From IMG/VR virus record IMGVR_UViG_3300024346_000004: 64,000 bases of DNA; one strand, 5' to 3'. Below are positions 9,002-19,000 of the stretch, piece after piece. A program made the position numbers and the translations under genes. How positions within the stretch are numbered: the stretch's first letter is position 1; every line of letters starts with the position of its first letter. The notes under the pieces were generated by a model that was not told where the DNA came from, ran no database searches, and saw nothing but the letters and a program-made list of their open reading frames with translations. Origin of the DNA: a virus. Its lineage: Duplodnaviria; Caudoviricetes.

Positions 9002-10018
9002 TTAAGAAGTAGCGATCCAGCAGTAGAAGTCGAAGTCAACGGTTAATAACTGGTTAGTAACGTTGAATGCAGACTTTGTAACAACAGACTTGGAAAGGTT
9101 AACTGATGGAAGAAGGTTGGTCCATGTATTGTTCGAAGCATTATAGATTTCGAAGGTAAATGGAACGTTTTCTGAAACAGCAGCACCAGGAGTCTGAAGA
9201 GTAAGGTCTCCAGCAGTTGGTTCGTTAGTACCATAGGAAAGGTTGACAGATTCGTCAATACCTGCACCGTACTGGCTGAAGTAGTAGTCTCCGCCTCTGT
9301 CTTCAAGAAGAACAGCAGCTTTACCGGAACCTGAGATTTCTACACCAGTAATACCAAGGAATGGGAACTGAGCACCGAAGCGATAGGTCTTATTAGTACC
9401 TGGAACTTGGATTAATTCACCCTGTCCATCAGATGGCATACCATCGTCAGTTGCAGCAGCCTTAGGAATCAAGAAGAATGTTTCTTGAGTCTTTGACTGA
9501 ACCTTGAGGTTAGCTTCCATGATAAAGAATGTTCTACCACCAATGCTAACACGGAAGTCATAGAATCTTGCAACTCTTGTAGGACCACCAGCACTCAATG
9601 GGTTTAATTCATTGATTGGTAGGTTGGTTACCTGGAAGTAGTTAGCAAGAGTGGAGTCTGTAGAACCGTCCGATTTAAGGGTAAGGTCCACAGTAGCACC
9701 GGATTCTGAAACCTGGAAGTTTGCAGATTCAAGAATTGGTAATGTCGCAGTGGCTGGGGATAAGATTTCTGCAATCTTTGTGTTTGCGAGAGCTCTTCCG
9801 TCTTTGCCAGCTGCGCCACCAACAAGAATAGGAGCCTTAACTGTAATACTTTCAGATACACCACCAATGTCAAGAATTCTTGAAAGTGGAGTACCCTGAA
9901 TGAAGTTTTTGGCTTCTACTTGCATCGATCTATTTCTGTTTGCAGATTCTGCTACGTACTGCGAACCAGAAATCAAGAGCGACTTATAAACACCATATAG
10001 GTTGTTATTTAGAGGCAT
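9002..10018 (-). CDS. Putative major structural (tail-tube-like) protein
   Basis: Beta-rich; marked use of TTC/AAC/TAC/GAC codons unlike neighbours; SD AGGAG; paralogous to 10120-11064. Confidence 0.5.
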   Translation of the reverse strand: MPLNNNLYGVYKSLLISGSQYVAESANRNRSMQVEAKNFIQGTPLSRILDIGGVSESITVKAPILVGGAAGKDGRALANTKIAEILSPATATLPILESANFQVSESGATVDLTLKSDGSTDSTLANYFQVTNLPINELNPLSAGGPTRVARFYDFRVSIGGRTFFIMEANLKVQSKTQETFFLIPKAAATDDGMPSDGQGELIQVPGTNKTYRFGAQFPFLGITGVEISGSGKAAVLLEDRGGDYYFSQYGAGIDESVNLSYGTNEPTAGDLTLQTPGAAVSENVPFTFEIYNASNNTWTNLLPSVNLSKSVVTKSAFNVTNQLLTVDFDFYCWIATS

Positions 10019-10119
10019 AATACTATCTCCTGATTTATTTCATTGTAATCATTTACAACGTCTTATTTTTATTTTTCTTCGAATATGTTTTTTTACCCTT
10101 TGTCGGTACTTTCATATTC

Positions 10120-11064
10120 TCAAATAGTGAATAAATTTCCTTGCATTAATGGAGCCCAAGGTGTTGTCATAGCGGTCCATTTTGTTTTTCTCATCAAAGT
10201 TTTTGCAGAAAGTGGAACTTCTGCTATATTAAACAATGGAGTGTTAAATCTAACCGATAGTGGACCTATATTAAAAATCATGTTTTCATTCACAATCCAT
10301 CCACCATGAATATGAGCATGTTGTTCCATTCCAACTCTCATTATTTCTTGTATATTCCCGCCCCACTTGACTGATTTTACACCTATCAAACCAATTTGAT
10401 CATTTCTAGTAGCAACAGTAGTAGTAATTGGCATTAAAAATGTTGGTGTGTCAATTTCATTTTCAATAGTCAATTCAAATGAGTTTAAAGTACGCATTTC
10501 TGATTGGAATCTATTAGCGTCAGTATCAACCCAACTTATAGCTCTTCCTAATAAAGTGTTTGAAGCTGGTGCAATATAATTCAAAGCACTTCTAACATCT
10601 ATCATTCCAATAAAAGAAATATTTAATTTTATATCTGTATTATCTGATGATCCTGATATTGTTAAACTTTTAATAACACAACTATCCAAAGATAATAATT
10701 CGTTATTGTTAGATCCACCATCTTCGCCTGTTGTAGAAAAGTGAGAAATAATATGATTAGTATCTATTCTCAAAGCAGTAGTAGGTTTTTCAGCATGTCT
10801 AAGTAGCTCAATCATTGCTGGCTCTAAAGCATTATTTCTATCTACTCGAATAGGGCATGTGATATTACCCTCAAATTTCTTAGCTCCTATATTAGCTATT
10901 GCACTCCCAGGACCACTTTGTATATATTGATGAGAAACATCTATATCCTGTGTTTGATTAATATTACATTCTTCTACAAAAAGATAATAATTATTTATAT
11001 TTAAGCTTCTTAGTAATAAACCTGTTGCAACTTCTAATCTATTTAAATTACCAGGATATGGCAT
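10120..11064 (-). CDS. Tail-tube-like paralog
   Basis: YIQSGPGSAIANIGA..GNITCPIRV aligns with FIQGTPLSRILDIGG..ITVKAPILV of 9002-10018; ATG 11064 has SD AGGTGG. Confidence 0.45.
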   Translation of the reverse strand: MPYPGNLNRLEVATGLLLRSLNINNYYLFVEECNINQTQDIDVSHQYIQSGPGSAIANIGAKKFEGNITCPIRVDRNNALEPAMIELLRHAEKPTTALRIDTNHIISHFSTTGEDGGSNNNELLSLDSCVIKSLTISGSSDNTDIKLNISFIGMIDVRSALNYIAPASNTLLGRAISWVDTDANRFQSEMRTLNSFELTIENEIDTPTFLMPITTTVATRNDQIGLIGVKSVKWGGNIQEIMRVGMEQHAHIHGGWIVNENMIFNIGPLSVRFNTPLFNIAEVPLSAKTLMRKTKWTAMTTPWAPLMQGNLFTI

Positions 11065-11066
11065 AT

Positions 11067-11366
11067 TTACCACCTAGAATTTTCAGCTTCGAAAATACCC
11101 TTCTGTGAGATAGCTATATCGCCGTAAGATTCCCATGTATATTTATATTTTCCAGTTTTATCAGCAAACCATTCAACATAAAAAATACCAGTAGCGCCAT
11201 TATTATGCTTTAATTCAGCATTTGTACCCCACGTATACTGTGTCAAAATTCCATCCGGGTCTGTCATAAAAAATCTTATGCCAATAGGATCAACTAATTC
11301 ACCAGTACGAAGTCTAATTTGTGCTTCAATTCTTACTGTTGAATTTGTATATATTTTTTGATTCAT
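11067..11366 (-). CDS. Small Ig-like/beta-sandwich virion-type protein
   Basis: LVDP..DPDG..TGIFYVEW..GKYKYTW pattern; SD GGAGG. Confidence 0.5.
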   Translation of the reverse strand: MNQKIYTNSTVRIEAQIRLRTGELVDPIGIRFFMTDPDGILTQYTWGTNAELKHNNGATGIFYVEWFADKTGKYKYTWESYGDIAISQKGIFEAENSRW

Positions 11367-11415
11367 TCTTTGCTACCTCCATTCTTATATTTCTAGAGAT
11401 TTAAGCTTATGTCCT

Positions 11416-11445
11416 AAAAAGAAAAAACCCATCCTAAGATGGGTT
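11416..11445 (-). terminator. Intrinsic terminator
   Basis: 8-bp stem AACCCATC/GATGGGTT, 4-nt loop, followed on the - strand by TTTTCTTTTT. Confidence 0.75.
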
Positions 11446-11466
11446 ATAATAATGAAAGATTATTTA

Positions 11467-11721
11467 TTATGACCAACCAGCTTTTTCTTCAGATTCAATT
11501 GATCCTGTAGACATTGATTGAACTGGTGATTGCATGTTCTTGATTACTTCTAATTCTTCAGGAGTAATACCACCAATTTTTCTTACTACTTCCTGCTCAA
11601 TTAGTCTCTTCTTTACTTCACCCGCAACTTCATCTAGTTCTGCTGTAGCTGTTTCTACCGCTACTTGTTTTTCAAACCAGAGAGCTTGCAAATCTTCAAA
11701 TGATAATGCTGAATAATCCAT
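11467..11721 (-). CDS. Small acidic helical hypothetical protein
   Basis: 84-aa ORF with SD AAGGA. Confidence 0.65.
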   Translation of the reverse strand: MDYSALSFEDLQALWFEKQVAVETATAELDEVAGEVKKRLIEQEVVRKIGGITPEELEVIKNMQSPVQSMSTGSIESEEKAGWS

Positions 11722-11722
11722 G

Positions 11723-12487
11723 TTAATTGTCCTTAAAAATAATATTCTGAAGTTTTTCTAATGCTTCCTCTTCGTCAAATAAATCAAATTCTATCATAAT
11801 TCTGTGAAGTAAATCTTCTTTAATATCTGACACTCTACTGCCTGGAGGATCTTTTGTATGAATGGCCCATAATTCTAAATTTTCAATACGATTATCAGAT
11901 CTAATACCGTTCTTATGATGAACTCTTTCTTCTTTGTGTAATGGTCTTCCTAAAGATTGTTCTATCATATACCTATGTTCTAATCGCCATTTACTATCTA
12001 CTTTTAAATAAATGTAACCTTGTGGGTGTGTTTTTTTATCACCATTTTGATATTTACTATATTTTATCTGATATGATTTAGATGAACATGATCTAGAGCA
12101 ATATTTAGTACCTGGTTTCTTATCTAGCAAAGATTTTTCACAGGCAAGGCATTTTACATCTTTTTCTCTGTTTCTCATCCTTACATATTTATAACCGCAC
12201 TCTGCCCCGCATGTAAGAGTATTCCCATGGTATGTTTTTTCGCATACTGGACAAATTTTAGATTCCTTACCATGTTCTTTATAGAATTCATACCAACATT
12301 CAGAAGAACAAAGCTCTCCAGTTGTATTGGATTTGATAGGAAAATCTTTTCCACATTGTTTACATGCAGAAGTTCCCAATCTATTCAGTTTACATTCTGG
12401 AGAGCAATATTTTTGACGATAATTAATTGTTGTAAATGCTTTGTCACATATAGCACAACTTTTTTCAATAGATTTTTGTGTAAACAT
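11723..12487 (-). mobile_element. Free-standing HNH homing endonuclease with four Zn-finger repeats
   Basis: Four CxxCxK.F/Y..CSxxC-type repeats, then EHRYM..LGRPL..ERVHHKNG.RSDNRIENLELW; ATG 12487 avoids overlap with the upstream gene. Confidence 0.85.
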
Positions 12488-12551
12488 GTTAGTATTATAC
12501 CGCAAAATATGCCTAATGAAAACAATATATGACTTCAAGTAATGGTTCAGC

Positions 12552-12956
12552 TTAAAGCTTGAACACCTTCGAGGCTCCTGTATCCCACTGTACAGTAATG
12601 TCACCGCCGTTTGGTTGAATCGGCAAGTTTGTTGCAGTATCGAAATAAGCAATAAGTTGGGAGGTAGATTCTGTACCTGTATCCCTATAAATAACGAATT
12701 GAGTAATTTGTGATCCAGAAACAGCAGTCATTGTAATATTGGATGCATTTGCTACACCAGCTCCAGGAGTGGATGTTGTTAATGCTGCAGATGTTGATAC
12801 TCTAGCACCAGCTGAAATATCTGATAAATATTGATGAGTAGAAAGGTTTACAGAATAAGCGCTAGAAAGTAAAACAACTTTAAATGTGTTACTTGCCCAG
12901 TTAATCTGTCCTAATAAGAATGCGTTTCTGCCAGTGTCGTAAAGAGCATTAGCCAT
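12552..12956 (-). CDS. Small conserved phage fibre/tail-associated structural protein
   Basis: MANALYD.GR..FL.G.I.W..VIYRDTG..TS.LIAYFDTAT.LP..PNGGDITVQWD.G..K.FKL family pattern; SD GGAG. Confidence 0.7.
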   Translation of the reverse strand: MANALYDTGRNAFLLGQINWASNTFKVVLLSSAYSVNLSTHQYLSDISAGARVSTSAALTTSTPGAGVANASNITMTAVSGSQITQFVIYRDTGTESTSQLIAYFDTATNLPIQPNGGDITVQWDTGASKVFKL

Positions 12957-13021
12957 TATAAATCTCCAAAGAAGTGATTATTATATTATTTAGGTAATCA
13001 AATACCTTTATACCTTCTTTT

Positions 13022-16000
13022 TTATATGTTCGGTGGTGTTTTCCCGCTTGTATCTAATTTGATAGTCATTATATATTTATTATCTACTACTGTTCTTATG
13101 TAGTCAATAGTAGTAATTTCTGTATCTATCTTTCTCAATAATGTTACATCTAATCCTATTTCGCCAAGATCTCCTGTTAATGTATCGATAGATCCGAGTG
13201 TTAATACAAATACTCTTAGTAGACCGAATCTTTGTACGAATATAAACTTAGGAGTGCCAACAACAGTTACTTCGCCTAATGTTGGAACGTTTACATAATT
13301 AACATTACGTAGTCTATGAGATCCTAAAGCTTCAGCAGATAAGATAGTTTGTGGTGATGTATTTATATTTAGATAGAAATTAACATTACCAATAGATTCA
13401 GCCGTAGGAATAGAAGTAGGTCTAGTTTTATTTTCGTTATATAATCTATTAGCATTGGATAGAGCTTCAAGACTTTCCACAGTATTAGGATTGATAAATA
13501 TTGGTCCAGGAACTACTGTATGAGAACCTAATAAATGAGGCACTACAAACGTATCTGGATATATTCTTACTACTCCAGGCTGTAATTTCTGATTACCAAA
13601 TATATTTACATTATTCAACGACTGATGTGAAATATTTACTGCACCTGGTTTTAATATATGTGTTCCTAATATATTTTGATTATTTAATGAAGCATGGAAT
13701 ATTGTTGCTATACCAGGTTTGATAATATGTAAACCAAATCTAGTAAGTGATCTAAATGTTTCTGGGAATAATCTTACTTCTCCAGGGCTTAATCTAGGTG
13801 TTCCATGAGCATTAGCATCAATGAATGTGCTAGGACTAATATTTACTCTTCCAGGTTGTATGAACTGAGATGTTAATATTTCAGAAGATAATATTGATAC
13901 AGGTAAGAATTTATTACCTTCAGGCTTAATAAAATGAATACCCAAAGCTTCTAATGTTGAAATATTAGAAGGATATAATCTTACAGGACCAGGGTCTAAT
14001 TTATGTATTCCTAAAGTTTCTGCTGTTTGAATAGTAGTAATATTAGTGATTCTGTTATCGATAATATTAGTAAAGTTATCAAATAAGGAATTGGAATATG
14101 AAGTCAATCCCATATAGCCAGAAGTATATGTATTATCTGTAGTTGTTAATGTTGCTATTAACTCTCCAGTTTGTTGATATAATTTAGCTATTATTACTCC
14201 ATTTGTATTCCATGAAGTAGTGATTCTATACCACTTATCAGCTTGTAATGCTAATCCAGATATATAAGATAATGGCACAGTGTTATTTATGCCATTTCTA
14301 AGCTGGAATGAAGCTGTATCTGGGGTTGAACCATTTCTTACATCTATAACAGCATAGTATCCATTATATATATTATTAGGCTGTATAGCTATTCCAATTC
14401 CAGATAAGCCGGTGGTGGTATAGTCGAAATATGTTTTGACGAATCCTGACCAGAAGAATGTGGGTGATCTCTTATATACCGCTTTATATACTAGAACTTT
14501 ATTACTACTACCACCCTCTATTCTCTTCATACCAAAGCCAAATAAACCAGTGTATTTGACATATGGTTTAAGTAGAGGCCCCATAGTAAACCAATATAAA
14601 CCAAATCCAGTAGCTCCAGCATTAATTCCTGGGGGTAGATTATAATTTGCTATACCATATATTTCAGATGTTGTTTCTGATTTAGTATAATCTACTACAT
14701 CTCCAAAGTCTAATGAGCTAGCCGTTTCAAATTCTTCATAGAACAGGTTAGTGAATTCATGTGTAGTGGTTAATAATTCTGAAGAAATAATACCAGTAGG
14801 GAAAGTAGTGTTAAGATTCTTTAAGGTATGTTTAGGAAGAATATAAGATCTTCCATATCTTTGAACATCTGCTTCATAGTTTTGTTTTACTTGTGCGGGT
14901 AATAAAGCAGCTGAATATAATCTAACCTGTGAAATTCTACCAAAGAATCTGTATGATCCTGGTAAATATGCACCTATATGAAGAGTACTCGTGCTATTAT
15001 CTGGAGAAGGTCCACCATTAACTAAATATTCTGCATCTAATTCTCCGTCTAAGTATATCCTTACATATTGTCCACTATATGTTGCTACACAGTGATGCCA
15101 TGTGTTAGCTTTGACGGTTGTTACACCATTATAAGCTTGCCATCCTGTAGCTCCCAATCTTGTGGAAACTGTAGATGTAAATACTTCAGATACTAGTAAT
15201 CTATACAAACCTTCTTTATTATATGGAATACCTGAGAATGGTACTGTTGGGAATTTTAACCACATTTCTAAGGTAAAGTATTGTGGATTTAATGATGGGT
15301 TACTAGTTATAGCTCCTTCATATGTACCATTGAATACAAAAGTACCACCGCCATCTGTTGGATCATATATGGTAGTATATGATCCAAAGGATAGGTTATT
15401 ATTATTACCTGATATATCGTTCCAAGCATTACCTGAACCACTATATGATGTTGTTTTACCAGCATCTAAATAAAGATTTAGATTAGTTTTGACAATGGAT
15501 TTTTCTGTTACATTAGAGATAAATACAGGGCCAGGCTTTACGACATGAAGACCTAATGATTCTAAAGATGTAATATTACCAACATTATTAATTCTTAGTG
15601 ATTGGAAGTTAGTAAAATTATCGAAAGAGCTGTTAGAATAAGATACTAAACCACAATAACCAGAGCTATATAAATAACTTGTTGAAGATATAGTTGCTAA
15701 TTCTGCGCCATAAGAATCATATAATACTGCAGTTACTAAACCAGCAGTAGTCCAATACATGTTAATTCTGTACCATGTATCTACAGTTATATTAAGTCCA
15801 GTGGCAGAAGCGATAGGAGCATTATATATACCTGCTTTTAATTGGAAAGAAGCTGCTGCCCCAGAACCATTATTTACATCTATAATCGCAAAGTAACCAG
15901 AATATTTATCTGATGGTTGTATTCCTATCCCAATACCTGAGTGACCAGTAGTAATATAATTAGGATTTGTTTTTACCCAACCAGACCAGAAGAAATTAGA

Positions 16001-19000
16001 TCCTGGAACATACGCAGCAGGATACGCAGCTACTTTATAATCATATCCTGGTACTCTTGATAGTCCTAACCCAGATACACCAGCTTGAACAACAGAAGTA
16101 GCCAAAGCAGGAGGCATGAATAATTGAGTAATACCAAAACCTGGGCCATATTCTGACATTGGAAGATAATAATCTGCATCTCCGAATGTAAAGAAATCTC
16201 CATTATTAATCTGATCATAGAATTGATTGAATAATGAGCTGTTGTTATACCTTTCTCTTAGTGCATCATAGTTCTGTTTTATTTCCGTAGAAGATAAAGC
16301 TCTATTGAAAGCATGAATATGAGCTATTTTGCCACTTAAGAATTCACTCGTTCCGTTATTACTACCAATTATGAAATTGTTAATTGGCTCATAATTACTA
16401 CTATCATTAACAGAAGCTACAAGATCTCCATCAACATAGACAGATTTTGTATTAGCACCATTTACAACAGATATTTGGTACCATGTATTAAATTTAAAGC
16501 TAAATGAGAATGGCAGGTTATAAGAGGATACATTTTTGTACCAGAACTGTCCACCACCACTATTCATTAGCATTCCAGAATATTGGCTATCGAATAAATC
16601 TTGGTATCTATTATTTGGTTGGACATGTAACATAAACCAAGCAGAAATGGTATATCTTGTACTTAGGATATCTTTTCCTAATGTTACAAAATCATTTACT
16701 CCATCAAATACAATAGCCCCATAGTTTGACGTTGTGTATGTTGGATTATTTGTTAAAGTACCATTATTTGCGCTAGCTGATAAATCTGTCCATATTGTTG
16801 ATCCGCTATAATTTGCTCCATCTAATCTTAATATTTCTCCAGTAGTGATTAGGGATGTAGTGTATGATGGTGGATATATTTTTACTTCGCCCGGTTGTAT
16901 ATAATTTAGATTACTTAAAGATTCTCCAGATGCAATATTTCCAGCATTAGTAGTAAACTGTGCTGCTAAGTTTGATAAGTTGTCGAATGAACTTAATGAG
17001 AAGCTAGTGATACCTAAATAGCCTGTAGTATAGGAAGTATCAGTAACAGTAATTGTAGACAGTAATGGACCAACACCATCGTACAATTTAGCGGTAATTA
17101 ATCCAGCTGAGGACCATGTTATTGTTATTCTATACCATCTATCGGTTTGTATTGTAATTGCTGTATCTGTGGCTATAGGTACTGTATTATTGATATCTTT
17201 TCTTAATTGGAATGCAGCAGTTTCTCCCGTTCCATTTCTAACATCAATAACAGCAAAATAACCTAATTTTACATCACCTTGAAGACCAAAGCCTATACCT
17301 GTCAAGCCTGTTGTTTCGTAGTATAAGTTAGTTTTTAAGTAACCTGAATAGAAGAATGTAGTACCTCTTGGATAAAGAACATTATAAGCTATTACTTTAT
17401 TACCTGGAGTACTTGGAGCTCTATATATACCATTTCTTTCAAAGCTAGCTGTATTTGTTATTGGCGCACCTGGATAATCTAAGAAAGAGTTTAATCCAAT
17501 GTTGAAAGAATATTTTGCACCTGGGTCACTGTTAAAGCCTATAGGATAAATCCAAGAGTTGAACATACCAAATTGTTGAATTCCATAATCTGATGCGAAT
17601 TCATAGAAATTTGTATCTCCAATTGTTAAGTTTAATCCATAATCGAATTTGTCATAGAACATATTATTAAATGTATGTGATGGCAAATTCTCTGCGGATA
17701 TAATAGATACTGGTAATGGGGTATTTAAATTTCTTAGGCCTGTTGTTCCTAATAAGAATCCCACCCCTTGTTTACCGAATTTAGTTGCATATGCTGTGTA
17801 ATTTTCTTGTATTTCAGAGAAGGATAAGGCTCTGTTGTATACTTGGATGTTTGATAATGAAAAATTACCAAATGCTCTATTACCTATAAATAAATTTGTA
17901 TTATCAAAATTATTTGTGTTATTGTTAATAAATGTTATAAGTGGTGTTCTTAAAATTCCATCAATATATAGAGATACTTCTAATCCAGATTGGCTTTTAT
18001 CTAGTATACATACCCAATGATGCCAATCTAAATCATTCACTAATGTTTTAGAAAATGTAGCAAAATTATAACCTGCATTGCCTTTTATAGCTAATGTAAT
18101 AGGATATACACCACCAAAACTTACGGCAGAATCGTCTCCGTAAGATATGTTAAACCCGCCTGAAGTGTTATTGTAGTTACTGCTAAATTCTATAATACAA
18201 TTACTATTACCAACAACTTGTCTATAATTTTCTATTTTAGCCCAAAAAGATACAGTTACAATATTAGTCGATGATAAATTTATAGTATCCGTAGATATAT
18301 AATCATTCGTACCATCGAAAGTTAAAATACCTTCGTAATTAGAAGTAAAAGCTACACCATTTACAAGAGTCCCGTTTCTTGTGTTTCCTGATATGTCTAA
18401 GATAGATGTACCAGAACCAGAGTATGAATTATTATTACCAGCATCAAGATATAATTGTTGACCAGATTTTATTTGTGTGTTATATCTATCATAAAGAGCT
18501 AGATAATTTTGTCTTATATCTCTAGCTGATAATATTGTAGTGTAAATTTTAATATTACCTAGATTGATAGAAGAAAAAGAATTGTAATATGCTGGGTTAG
18601 AAGGTGTATAGTAATGACCAATTCTTATATTATTTATGTCTGTATTATAGTTGATTGCTCTTTTAGTTGAATTATTCCACCATGTAGTATTCTTTTGTAT
18701 ACCATCTATGTAAAATATAACTGTAGGATTATTTGTATTTATATTTAATGCTGTCACTACTATATGATGAAAATTATTATCAGTTATAGAATTAGTATCT
18801 GATGAATAAATATTCCATGCAAAAGCTTCAACACCAAATTGCAGCATTATGCTTTTTCCATTAATTCCATATGCTGCATCTCTATACCAACCAAATGTAA
18901 AGCCTTTAGTCGCAGAAGTAATATCTAGTGTATTAATGAAAGACTGAAATAAATTATTTACTAAATCATTAATCCTAACCCATGCAGAAATAGTAAAACT

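Noticed and set aside
12488-12652. N-terminal 55 aa of the 309-aa HNH ORF in the track
   Set aside because: Overlaps the 134-aa gene by ~100 nt and looks non-coding; ATG 12487 has a promoter-like context
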